Assembly: GCA_965198225.1 (NCBI GenBank)
Contig: CBDAOY010000005.1
Location: forward strand, 448,001-512,000
Origin: Terriglobia bacterium
Lineage (GTDB): Bacteria > Acidobacteriota > Terriglobia > 20CM-2-55-15
Direction of reading: 5' to 3'
DNA length: 64,000 bases
Shown here: positions 29,206-39,219 of the stretch, piece by piece
Layout: every line of letters starts with the position of its first letter
Numbering within the stretch: the stretch's first letter is position 1
Position numbers and translations under genes: made by a program
The notes under the pieces: generated by a model
Told to the model about the DNA's origin: nothing
Databases searched by the model: none
The model's input: only the letters and a program-made list of their open reading frames with translations

Positions 29206-31404
29206 ATGCGATTTTGGGGCCAGTTGATCACCACATGCCTGCTGATGGCTCTGACCGGGTTCGCGCAGTCCACCTCCACGAATGGTCCACCGGTCGACTA
29301 CGAAACCGCGCGCTTCAGTCGTGTGGTCCGGGCCATTCCAGTTGAGGTAGAGATCACAATCGACGGGCGGCTGGATGAGGAAGCATGGCGGCGAGCCGAA
29401 CCCGCGAGGGATTTCACCCAGAGCGGGCGCAGCCCCAATCCAGGCTACCCCGCTTCCCAACAGACCGAAGTGCGGTTCCTCTACGACACCGAAAACCTCT
29501 ACGTCGGAGCGATCTGTTGGGAAAAGGACGTTGCCAACATGATCGTGAACGGTCTGAAACGGGATTACACGACCAACCAGGGGGACGAAGTGGGTCTGAT
29601 GTTCGACTCGCTCAACGACGACCGCTCCGGGTTCTTCTTCGGGACAAACCCTGCAGGCGCCCGGCGAGACGTTCAAGTCGCGAATGACAGCCAGGCCAAT
29701 ACAGATTGGGATGGCGTCTGGGACGTTAAGGTTCGCCTGGAGGAAGACCGTTGGGTGGCAGAGTTCGTGATCCCGTTCAAGACGCTGCGCTTCTCCAACT
29801 CGCCGTCGCAGGAGTGGGGCTTGAACATGTTCCGGAAGATCCGGCGTGCGAACGAGGAGTCCAACTGGGCGCCACTTCCCCGGCGGTACAACATAACCCG
29901 GATCTCGATGGCCGGAACACTGACTGGATTGGAAGGAATCAGCCAGGGGCGCAACCTGAAGGTCAAACCGTACGGTAAGGCGGGCTTCACCCAGCAGCGG
30001 TCCGGAAACGGGCTTGAGACAAACGGCGACTACGATGGCGGCTTCGATGCCAAGTACGGCCTTACACAGTCGCTCACGCTCGACGTCACCTACCGAACGG
30101 ACTTCTCGCAAGCCGAAGTGGACCAGGATCAGGTCAACCTGACGCGCTTCAACCTGTTCTTTCCCGAAAAGCGGGAGTTCTTCCTCGAGAACGCCGGTGT
30201 GTTCGGTTTCGGCGGCCGCCGGGCGGCCGCGTTCGGGCGCGGCGGCGGAGCCAACCTCATCCCGTTCTTCAGCCGCCGAATCGGGCTCAGCCCTTCGGGG
30301 ACGCCCATTCCGATCATCGGAGGCACCCGCGTGTCCGGGACGGCCGGCAGCTACGAAGTCGGCTTCCTGGCCATGAAGACCGAAAGTGAAGGCGGAATAC
30401 CCTCGAACAACTTCCTGGTAGGCCGCGTCAAGAAGAACCTCCTGAACAACTCCTTCCTCGGCGCGATCTTCACGAATCGAGATTCATCGATTGCGGGCGA
30501 CTACAACCGGGTTTACGGGGCGGACGCTGTCTTCCAGTTCTACAACCACCTGGACATTTCCGGATACATCCTCCAGAGCGACACACCGAAACGCGAGGGT
30601 CCGAGCCAGGCCCGCAAGTTCGCCATCGGGTGGAGAGACAACGACCTCTCTTTCGCAGCCGATTACGAGAAGGTCGAAGACGACTTCAACCCGGAGATGG
30701 GTTTTATCCGTCGCCCCGACAACTCCCACTACTCGGCAAACTTCTCTTTCCTCCCGCGGTTCGATGACAGCGATCTTGTCCGGAACCTCACGCTCCGGAC
30801 CAATTACGACTACTGGGAAGGCCTGACCGGCGAGATCGAGACTCGGGAACACAGCGCAACTTTCGGGGTCTCTTTCGAGAACAGCGCCTCACTCAATTTC
30901 ACGACGAGGGAAACGTTCGAGCGCCTGGAAGAAGAGTTCCGGCGTTATTCCATACCGGTGGGCGACTACAAGTTCCGGAACTATTCGGTTTCTTACACTT
31001 CCGACCGGAGCCGGGTCGTCGGAGGGAGGATCAGTTACAACTGGGGCGGTTTCTGGACCGGGACACGCCGTTCGACGGGCGGGGCGGTCACGCTCAAGCC
31101 AAACTACCACTGGCAGATCGACACCAGCTTCAGCCGGAACGACATCGAGGTGCCGGCCGGCGACTTCGTCACGACTCTGGTCGGCGTCAAAGTACTGTAT
31201 GCGTTCACCAGTCGGGCCTTCCTGAACACGTTCTTTCAGTACAACGCCGAGCGGAACCAGTTCAGCTCCAACATTCGGTTCAACATCATCCACCACCCCC
31301 TGAGCGACATCTTCATCGTGTTCAACGAGCGTCGGGACACCGTCACGGGCGAAGTTCTGGACCGGGGCGTGGTGTTCAAGTTCACCAACCTTTTCAATTT
31401 CTGA
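29206..31404 (+). CDS. CBM9-like + DUF5916 outer-membrane protein
   Basis: IDGRLDEEAW, LYVG, WVAEFVIPFKTLRF, TDFSQAEVD..NLTRFNLFFPEKREFFLE, FFSRRIG; ends in aromatic FNF. Confidence 0.88.
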   Translation: MRFWGQLITTCLLMALTGFAQSTSTNGPPVDYETARFSRVVRAIPVEVEITIDGRLDEEAWRRAEPARDFTQSGRSPNPGYPASQQTEVRFLYDTENLYVGAICWEKDVANMIVNGLKRDYTTNQGDEVGLMFDSLNDDRSGFFFGTNPAGARRDVQVANDSQANTDWDGVWDVKVRLEEDRWVAEFVIPFKTLRFSNSPSQEWGLNMFRKIRRANEESNWAPLPRRYNITRISMAGTLTGLEGISQGRNLKVKPYGKAGFTQQRSGNGLETNGDYDGGFDAKYGLTQSLTLDVTYRTDFSQAEVDQDQVNLTRFNLFFPEKREFFLENAGVFGFGGRRAAAFGRGGGANLIPFFSRRIGLSPSGTPIPIIGGTRVSGTAGSYEVGFLAMKTESEGGIPSNNFLVGRVKKNLLNNSFLGAIFTNRDSSIAGDYNRVYGADAVFQFYNHLDISGYILQSDTPKREGPSQARKFAIGWRDNDLSFAADYEKVEDDFNPEMGFIRRPDNSHYSANFSFLPRFDDSDLVRNLTLRTNYDYWEGLTGEIETREHSATFGVSFENSASLNFTTRETFERLEEEFRRYSIPVGDYKFRNYSVSYTSDRSRVVGGRISYNWGGFWTGTRRSTGGAVTLKPNYHWQIDTSFSRNDIEVPAGDFVTTLVGVKVLYAFTSRAFLNTFFQYNAERNQFSSNIRFNIIHHPLSDIFIVFNERRDTVTGEVLDRGVVFKFTNLFNF

Positions 31405-31457
31405 TCCCGCCCTTGCGAGTCGGTTCTCACATTTTTGACTTGCTCCGACACCAATCC

Positions 31458-31487
31458 AGTTGTACCCTTACATCAATGGGTACAACT
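31458..31487. promoter_or_regulatory. perfect inverted-repeat operator upstream of the GntR (YtrA-type) gene
   Basis: AGTTGTACCC-N10-GGGTACAACT, 14 bp before the ATG. Confidence 0.75.
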
Positions 31488-31501
31488 ATGAGACGCCTTC
31501 C

Positions 31502-31882
31502 ATGGAAATAGTCATCGACATCGACGATGCAGTCCCCTTGTTTGGTCAATTGATGGAGCAGATAAAGAAGGCCGTGCTCGGCGACAAATTGTCCCCGGGG
31601 GATGCCTTGCCCTCGATTCGACAGCTTGCAAACGACCTGGAGCTCAACAACAAAACGGTGGCGAAAGCCTACCGTCTGCTGGAGCGTGATTCAGTCATTC
31701 AGACCAAAGGGTATCGCGGGACTTTTATTCACCCGGACGCCAAGGTCAACTGCACTGTCGATTTGAATGCGTGGGCTGCTACGAAACTGGGCGAAACAAT
31801 AGATGCACTTCGAGAGTCGGGCGTCACGGACTCCGAGATTCGGATTGCATTCGGCGATGTGATGAATCGTCGCGGCGGTTAA
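31502..31882 (+). CDS. GntR family regulator, YtrA subfamily
   Basis: PLFGQL..LSPGDALPSIRQLA..TVAKAYRLLE..GTFI with a short C-terminal domain. Confidence 0.9.
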   Translation: MEIVIDIDDAVPLFGQLMEQIKKAVLGDKLSPGDALPSIRQLANDLELNNKTVAKAYRLLERDSVIQTKGYRGTFIHPDAKVNCTVDLNAWAATKLGETIDALRESGVTDSEIRIAFGDVMNRRGG

Positions 31883-31892
31883 GGAGATAAAC

Positions 31893-32743
31893 ATGCCAGA
31901 GCAAATGTTGTTTTACTTTGTATTCTTAAGCCAGGTTCTACTTGTTTCTTTTTATATTCCAAGAAAAATACTCAGCCGCGTGAGGCATGTGGTCGATACG
32001 TATCCCCATCGAAATATCCCAGGCTCTATCCTGTGCCCATCGACACTGCAGAGAAGGCACAGCGCAATTACAGGAACATGAATTTATTGGCACTCCTGGC
32101 TGGTCTTGGACTGGTGTTCATTGGAGTCTATTCACCGAGCGAAGAAATGCTCAATTGGGATACGATTTCGGTTCTCACAATCTATATGGCCGTTCAATAT
32201 TCCGCGCTTCTGATCGCGGCGACCTCGGGCTTCACATATTTCAATCTCAAGAGAAGAATTGATTCACGTACCACCAGAAAAGCAGAACTCCATCCTCGCC
32301 GTTTGTTTGATTTTGTTTCACCCGCGATGGTCGGCCTCGCGATCGTCGTGTATCTCGCCTTCATCTGGCTCGTCCTCTATATCAGGCAGTTCGAGTTTCC
32401 CTGGTTTGGCGGATATTGGAATATTTTTGGAGTGACGGCTATCAACCTTTTGTTCGCAGGAATAATCATCCAGAATTTGTATGGAAAGAAAAAGGATCCA
32501 TACCAGGCTCACGAAGATCGAATAAGGCATATAGAGCTCAGTGTCAAAATACTGATTTGTTCGAGCATCGCCGCGACCGTGTTTGTAGCGACAGCGATAA
32601 TCGTTAAGGCCCTGGACCTGGGCTATCTCCAACCTATCTCCTTCAGCGTGTATTGTCAGCTCTTGGCAATAATGAGCTTCCGGGCATTCCGAATAGACAA
32701 TGTGAATTTTGAAGTCTACAAAGAGGATCCGTTGGTCGCATAA
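31893..32743 (+). pseudogene. multi-pass membrane protein split by a 1-nt frameshift in a C-run (or a sequencing error)
   Basis: AAGGAG RBS before 31893; one extra C at 32004-32007 would join ORFs 31893-32081 and 32033-32743 as YPPSKYPRLYPVPID. Confidence 0.7.
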
Positions 32744-32798
32744 GCTCTCGACCGCCGGTGCCCCGGCCGCTGCAATCCCTTTCGACGTTGTTTCCGGG

Positions 32799-33858
32799 TC
32801 ACTTCCTCTTGTCGTCTTTCTTGACGCGCCGCACCATCTTGGAAAAGCTACGCTCGCGGGCTCTCACCTTGTGTGCTTCCTGCCGGATCTGATGACTCTC
32901 CAGTTCTTTTCTCATCTTCATGAAGCTCGCATAGCGATCCGGCCCGAGGTCCCCCTGTTCCATAACGGCCAGGACCGCACAATCGGGTTCCGCTTCGTGT
33001 CTGCAGTCTCGAAAACGGCAATCCGGGGCCAATGCCACGATTTCGGGGGAAGGTCTCACCAAGACGATCCGGGTCGCCCCACAGTTGCAACTCCCGCAGT
33101 CCCGGCGTGTCGATGATGGCGCCGCCTCCGGACAGAGCGAATAGTTCGCGGCGCGTCGTGATGTGCCGTCCCCTGGAGTCGTCCTCCCGAACCGGACCGA
33201 CGCGCTGGAGGTCCACGCCGAGTATCCGGTTGGTCAGCGTCGACTTTCCTGCCCCGGAGGAGCCCACCAGCGCGGCCGTCTGTCCGGCCGCCCAATAGCG
33301 ACCGAGAGCCGTGACTCCCGTTCCTCGAAACGCGCTGATCGCGTGGACATCGGCGGTGCCCGCAATTTCTTCAGCGCGCCGAATAGCGGCGTCAACTTCG
33401 GTACACACATCCGCCTTGTTGAGTACGATCACCGGAAACGCCCCGCTTTCCCAGATGAGCGAAAGATAGCGCTCCAGGCGGCGCACGTTGAAGTCCGCAT
33501 CCAGCCCGGTCACAACCAGGACGGTATCTACGTTGGCCGCCAACGCCTGGTCCTCCACCCGGAGCCCGGCAGCCTGCCGGGTCAAACAGCTCTTGCGCGG
33601 CAGCACGGCGTCGATGATGAATCGGTCCTCATGTGGCCGCACAGCGACCCAGTCACCGATAACCGGAAGCTCCGAGACTGAGCCGGTGCTGTAGCGCATG
33701 CGGCCCGGCACCGACACACGCAACTCACCCTCGCGGCCGATCGCGCAGTAGAACTCTCGGTCATGGCGGTTGATCCGAGCCGGCTCCAGCGAGAGATCGT
33801 CCAACTCCGTCATATGGAAATCAAGTGCCCCGCTCCATCCGATGTCCTCAAACTCCAT
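32799..33858 (-). pseudogene. rsgA: ribosome small subunit-dependent GTPase RsgA (paralog type), split by a 1-nt homopolymer frameshift (or a sequencing error)
   Basis: IGDWV, AANVD, NKAD, GSSGAGKSTL, GRHITT, DTPGLRE. The Zn finger CRFRDCRH..EPDC is in the next frame; shift at the G5 run 33045-33049. Confidence 0.88.
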
Positions 33859-33932
33859 TTCGCACTCCGTTCTGTTCATGACGGCTGACGTCCGAACGAC
33901 GCACGTCGACCATCGTTCAAATCTGTGTAGGG

Positions 33933-34036
33933 AAAAAGAAGCGAAGGGACGGGATCCGCCGAACACACAACGCCGGCTTCGACGATCGAGCGACCGTTAA
34001 AGGATCTCCGTCTTAGAGGACAAGGGCTGTCGTCAT
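33933..34036 (-). promoter_or_regulatory. candidate leader-peptide attenuator of rsgA (uORF MTTALVL, hairpin, U-tract)
   Basis: ATG ACG ACA GCC CTT GTC CTC TAA at 34036-34013 with GAGAG upstream; arms GACGGAGATCC / GGATCCCGTC; then CTTCTTTTT. Confidence 0.5.
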
Positions 34037-34114
34037 AAAGCTCTCTGAGGCCGTCGAGCCTCAAGGGGAGCGTAGCACGACCGGACGATCGGACGGGAGA
34101 GGTTTCAGGATCAG

Positions 34115-34374
34115 GTGTAGGTGCGCTCTATGAGCGCACGTTGTTTCGGTTCGGAGAATGTGCGGTCATAGACCGCACCTACACTTGCTGGAGCAACCTC
34201 TCTCGCCCGGGTGTAGGGGCGCTCTATGAGCGGATATGTTTCGGCTCGGAGGGTGTGCGGTCATAGACCGCCCCTACACTTGCCTGAACAACCTCTCTCG
34301 CCCGGGTGTAGGGGCGCTCTATGAGCGCACGTGTTTCGGTTCGAAGAGTGTGCGGTCACAGACCGCCCCTACAC
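34115..34374. repeat. three tandem REPINs (95-96 bp period)
   Basis: repeated GTAG-G(T/G)GCGCTCTATGAGCG..//..TGCGGTCA(T/C)AGACCGC(A/C)CCTAC units. Confidence 0.9.
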
Positions 34375-34481
34375 CTCCAGAGGTCAGAGTTCTCCACCGA
34401 GCCCAGACCCAATCGCTTGGGGTGAACAACGAAAGCAAGAATGGTAGCAAGAACGGGAACAGCCGTGGAGGCGCAGTTATT

Positions 34482-37400
34482 CTATGGTTGGGATCCGGCA
34501 GCCAGGGTCTCAACAAGTGGCTGTCCCGATTGGTCGACGAGGATCAGCGATCCTGCAGATGACTGCCCCGGACTCCCACTGAAGAGGATGAATTGTGTTG
34601 TATATCCGCCGCCATCGGCCAGGTGAGGGAACAAGCTTTCCGACAAGCTCACGGGAGCCGCCTCGTTCGTCGGCGGGGTCGTGGTGATGAGAAAATCCTG
34701 GCGTTCGTTGTACCGGGTGCGCAGCCCTGCGACGGCGATTTCCGTCGAAACGGAGGAGACGCGTAAGATTCCCTGGAAAGAATCTGGAAGATCCGGAAAA
34801 AACTCCGCAAGAAACCGGGCCGTGTGGCCGAGGGCGGGCAACACAGGCAGGACTACGGGTGCGGGTAATCCGCTGGATGACCCGGCGAGATCCGTCAATT
34901 CAAGCGTCACCGTGGCCGCCGTCGATGAGCTGTTGGCGATGGCCACTCCACTTTGGATATTTCCAGGCGCTCCATCGGTTCCGGAGGATTCGACGTACAT
35001 GCGGAACGCCGTGCCGTCTGTCGCGGCAACGCCGGGTTCCGACAACGTGACTCCCGCTGGTTTGTAGGGAAACACGACCAGGGCGGTAGGCGCTGTCCCA
35101 CCTCCGGTGGGAAGTACGCGCACGGACCCGGTCGCCGCGACCACAGGCGATCCGTCGGTTGCCAGCCGTCGAGAACTTCGAGGCGGGATCGAATACGCAA
35201 AAATGCTACCGGTCTGGCCCGCAATCGTCACGTTTGATGGGTCGCCGTTGCCGTCTTTGAACTCCAGATTTCCCGCGATAGTGTTGCTGGTGGGATTCAC
35301 CAGCAGGACCAGGGTCGTCCATCCTCCTCCATCAGCGAAGTGCGGAATGACGGCGGTGCCGCTTGCGGCCGGCGCCGTGGTGTCGATAACGGGGAGGGTG
35401 GCCATCAGGAAGTCCTGACGTTCATTCAAAAGACCCCGGATCGCGATGACGCCCAGGGGCAGGTCGGATGTGAAACTGAACGTGCCCTGAAATGCCGAAC
35501 CACTGAACGTCTTGAAAGGAGCCTGATCCAGAAACTTCGCGACTTGCCCGTTTGGCGGGATCGTCGTTGTGCCGAAGCCAAGATCGATCCCGTCAGCATC
35601 CGTAAAGTTGAAGTTGATGGATGCCGTCTGGTCGTTCGGATTGACGATGGCCAGCCCCGTATTGAGGGAGCCGTCGACTTCGGCGTAAATCTGTCCCGAT
35701 CTCAAAGACGCCGTGGCTGGAACGCTGGTCTCACTCACGAGATTCTCGCCCGGGCGATAGCCGAAGATTGCCACGCCTGCGGGCGTGCTGTTGCCGACGT
35801 CGGGCCGGATACGGCCATAACCCACATTGATGGAAGGCGCACTCCCCGATGTCGTCAGCGAACTGCCTCCCCGATCCGGTGTCGTAAATGGATTGGCATC
35901 GATGACGATGAGCCCCCACTCTTGCTTGCTATCGCCACCATCGCCGCACTTCATCCCGTGGACATAGTAAAGGTATTCGGTCGTGGTCCCGGTGTTGGTG
36001 AACGTGTGGCTGTAGTCGGCAGGAAAGGGATTTCCGGCCGCCGTGAAATGCTGATAGATGGGATCGTTGCGGCGCAGATGGAGATCATCCGTCCAGTCGT
36101 CGATCGTCTTGCCGCTGTTGGGGAGCACACCCCCGCTGGTGTTCTCGGCGCGCCACAACATTCTTTCATAGACCTCCAGGAAGACCCCGTCAGAGTTGTC
36201 CCATAGGTTCTGGAATGTGAGATCCAGGTCGGACGGAGTCGCCACCTGCGACAGGTTGTTGGTTTGATAGCCGGTGACCTGGCCCTGAGCACCTTCCTGC
36301 AGGACCCACCGGTTCGGACAATTACTGTCGTCCTGAGTCCCCCGGTAGTCGTTCCGAGGTCGGAGAGGCTTGGGATGGGTGCCGTCGAAAGGGCAGCCGG
36401 CGGCTTTCTGTCCCAGGCCGTTGTGCTGAACGACGAAACTTGTTCCCCGGGATTGTTGCCCGAGATCCAATATGCTCTCGGTCTGCTCGAAGCCTGCGAT
36501 CAGTGGCGACGCGTCGGACGAGCTCCCCGTGGAGGTCAGATATCCGCCGGTTTCGTTGATCCTCGGAAAACCGGCCTGTAGCAGAGCGTAGCTCATGGAC
36601 TTGCCCGGAAACAGATCATTGAACAGCTGAGTCTGCTCCGTGTAAAACGCGTACAGCCCCGAGGGGCGGTATCCATCGGCGGCAAAGATGGCAGGGTTGC
36701 AAGGGCAGCCCTCGGTGCAGTTCTTCGGGAGCCGGTTCTCGTGAGAAATCTGGTTGGCACCCGAGATCTTCATGTAAGCCAGGGCGCGGTACCAGTCCGC
36801 CCGGCTCTTGATGAACTCGGCCACTTCAGTCAGCATCGAGGCGTAAAGCTGTCTGTACCTGAGGCCGGTCGGGTTGCCCAGGTCCATTCGCACGCCGCAG
36901 CCCGTGGCGCCCCCATCAGCCACATCTCGTAAATGCAGACGCGTGACGCCGCCGCCACCCCCGGTCCGCGGTGTGTCATCGGTGTTGGTCGAGAAGATCC
37001 AGTCGGGAGTGCCGTCCTTGCCTGCCTTGATACCCAGGCTGTACAGTTTGCCGTTCTGCACCGCCTGTTCGATCTCGCGCCGGAGAATAGTGAAGTCGAA
37101 CACACCAGGCGCGGGGTTGATGTCGCTCCACAACAACCGGATGAACACTCCGGAGACGTTCGCACTCTGCCAGATCGAGTCCGCAGTTGCCTGGTATGCG
37201 CCGCCACGGCACAGTACCTTGCCGTTGTCGCCGGTCTCAATCGTAGCCCCTTCGAGCGGGCAAGTCCCAGTGGCTTCGATGTAACCCCCATCGAGAGGGC
37301 TCAGCGTGTAAACGCCCGAAGGCGCAACGGGCATCGGTCCGGTAAACTCGTTCGGATCGGATGGACCGTAGGCCTTCAGGCTGGTACACATGGCAGGAAA

Positions 37401-37649
37401 GCCTTGCGCGCCGTCGGCTGGAATTATCGAGTCCACGCGCGTGAGTTGCTCCCAACGGACGGTGTCACCGCTCCTGATATAGGTCACTTGAGGTGTGAAT
37501 GTCCCGTCGACATTCACCGTCACGGTGTGGGTTTGCGACTGCGCAAACGCAATGGAACAACTCATCACTCCAAGCAGGCCTAATCTGGCCGGTACAGCCC
37601 ACCGGGCTCCACGAAGCCAATCATTCACTCCAGTCACCGCGTTCCTCAC
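34482..37649 (-). CDS. large secreted protein: glycoside-hydrolase-like N-terminal half plus repeated 'PHxADGGGxTT' C-terminal domains
   Basis: signal-like segment ending IAFA-Q; IRLLWSDINPAPGVFDF resembles the clan GH-A WxxxEPxxGxFDF motif; PHFADGGGWTT and PHLADGGGYTT repeats. Confidence 0.65.
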   Translation of the reverse strand: MRNAVTGVNDWLRGARWAVPARLGLLGVMSCSIAFAQSQTHTVTVNVDGTFTPQVTYIRSGDTVRWEQLTRVDSIIPADGAQGFPAMCTSLKAYGPSDPNEFTGPMPVAPSGVYTLSPLDGGYIEATGTCPLEGATIETGDNGKVLCRGGAYQATADSIWQSANVSGVFIRLLWSDINPAPGVFDFTILRREIEQAVQNGKLYSLGIKAGKDGTPDWIFSTNTDDTPRTGGGGGVTRLHLRDVADGGATGCGVRMDLGNPTGLRYRQLYASMLTEVAEFIKSRADWYRALAYMKISGANQISHENRLPKNCTEGCPCNPAIFAADGYRPSGLYAFYTEQTQLFNDLFPGKSMSYALLQAGFPRINETGGYLTSTGSSSDASPLIAGFEQTESILDLGQQSRGTSFVVQHNGLGQKAAGCPFDGTHPKPLRPRNDYRGTQDDSNCPNRWVLQEGAQGQVTGYQTNNLSQVATPSDLDLTFQNLWDNSDGVFLEVYERMLWRAENTSGGVLPNSGKTIDDWTDDLHLRRNDPIYQHFTAAGNPFPADYSHTFTNTGTTTEYLYYVHGMKCGDGGDSKQEWGLIVIDANPFTTPDRGGSSLTTSGSAPSINVGYGRIRPDVGNSTPAGVAIFGYRPGENLVSETSVPATASLRSGQIYAEVDGSLNTGLAIVNPNDQTASINFNFTDADGIDLGFGTTTIPPNGQVAKFLDQAPFKTFSGSAFQGTFSFTSDLPLGVIAIRGLLNERQDFLMATLPVIDTTAPAASGTAVIPHFADGGGWTTLVLLVNPTSNTIAGNLEFKDGNGDPSNVTIAGQTGSIFAYSIPPRSSRRLATDGSPVVAATGSVRVLPTGGGTAPTALVVFPYKPAGVTLSEPGVAATDGTAFRMYVESSGTDGAPGNIQSGVAIANSSSTAATVTLELTDLAGSSSGLPAPVVLPVLPALGHTARFLAEFFPDLPDSFQGILRVSSVSTEIAVAGLRTRYNERQDFLITTTPPTNEAAPVSLSESLFPHLADGGGYTTQFILFSGSPGQSSAGSLILVDQSGQPLVETLAAGSQP

Positions 37650-37888
37650 CTCTCTGATTTCTTCATCATATTAGATACGCCCCACTTCTCTCATGCTGCC
37701 GCTCTTACCCATGAGGCTCAGTGATTTCGGTCCTGGCCAAGTAGACACAATGGATGAGAATAGGTTTACCGAAACGTGGGGACGAACGACCTACTTTATC
37801 GCCAGGGCACTGTGGCAGGCACCCTTTGTGGAAAGGCGGCAGCCCGGACAAGAGCGGACGCACCGCGCAACGTGCCTCGAACAGGCCA

Positions 37889-39106
37889 TCAGTTGCCGCG
37901 CATGTAAACAGGGGCATCCGGGTTGTACTGGCGCCAGTCGAACCAGTAGTCGAGAACTGTCTGCAGTCGGGGAAGCGAGGTGCCCGTGAGAGGGCCGGCG
38001 ACGGCCGTGCCCGAGAAATCCCATCGGCTGCCGGTGTCGGCGTCCATCAGCGTCAGCGTCTCAGAATCTTCGAGGCCGTAGAGTTCGGCCTCGGCGCCGT
38101 TGACCACCCGCTGGAATGCTCGGGCGGACCGTCCGTCCGCGGCCAGGAGCACGACGATCGGCGTGTTTCCGACCCGGTCCTGGAGCGGAGTTTGTTCGGC
38201 CAGGAGCGTCGCCGGGTAGCCCTTTACCCGGTCGCCTACGTGCACGCTCACGATCAGATCGCGCGGCTCCAGGGCGACGTCGGGATCGGGACTGTACCAG
38301 AGACCGGTCGTGTAATAAGCGGCCCGCTCGGGATCGGCCTGCCGGTAGCGCGCGAAGGGATAAATGGCCGCGTATTCGGGGTCGGGACGCAGGACCAGGC
38401 TGTCGGGATGCTCGTGACGCCAGATGGCGAAGCTCACTTCATCCCAGTTATACATCTCCAGGCGCCGGCCCTTCATGGGGCCGACGATCGCTTTTCCGGT
38501 TACCTGTTGCCACCACGTTCCGGTCCGAACGTCGCGCATGACGAAGTTCTGGTTGTTCATCCCGGCGTATTCGAAGTCGAGAGACTGTCCGTCCAACTCG
38601 CCGCGCCACACCAGACCGGTGCGACACATCCCTCAATAGGTGACGAGCAGCCGCACCCCCCCGACGACATCGTTGACGACGTGGGGGTAAGCGACCACGG
38701 CGTTGGGGTAGGCGATCGCCTGTCCGTCCACAACGACGCCGAGCACCATGTCGGCGTCGTCCAGGAAGTCCACGTCCTGAAGCCGGGCGTAGCGAACGCT
38801 GTCCATGGGCGCGAAGACGGTACGTTGGCTGTCGACGAACAGCCACGTCGCACCGATCAGCCCGAGCAGCGGAGCGATCAGGATCAGACGGCCCCCAGCC
38901 TTCCGCCGGTGATGGAGAATCCCACCGCCTCCGACGCCGGCCAGCACCAGGACCAGGAGCCAGCCGAAACGATCGATCCCGTAGACCACCGAAAGCCCGG
39001 CCGGCGTTTGTCCAGCGACGACATCCTGCAACGCAGCGCGGAGCGGCGCCAGCCCGGCGATTCCCACGGCCGCGATCGCGGCGACCACGATCTGCCAATG
39101 TCTCAT
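37889..39106 (-). CDS. DUF3179 family selenoprotein (in-frame UGA read as Sec in a UxxC motif)
   Basis: ORFs 39106-38633 and 38629-37889 are in one frame: ..AYP..HVVNDVVGG..VTY-TGA-GMCRTG..; TGTWWQQVTG and YWFDW are typical DUF3179 motifs. Confidence 0.85.
38603..38627 (-). promoter_or_regulatory. bacterial SECIS-like hairpin
   Basis: GUGUCGCACC-GGUCU-GGUGUGGCGC: 10-bp stem starting 6 nt after the UGA, with a GGUCU apex as in the E. coli fdhF SECIS. Confidence 0.78.
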
Positions 39107-39219
39107 TGCATACTCCAGTATTCCTGAACCGCCAGGCTAAAACTGCTCCAGGCCTTCGCCGTTTGGAGGCGGAACTCCTCCTGGATGCGGGCAGCAGTTT
39201 CGGAGCTCCACCCGGGCAG

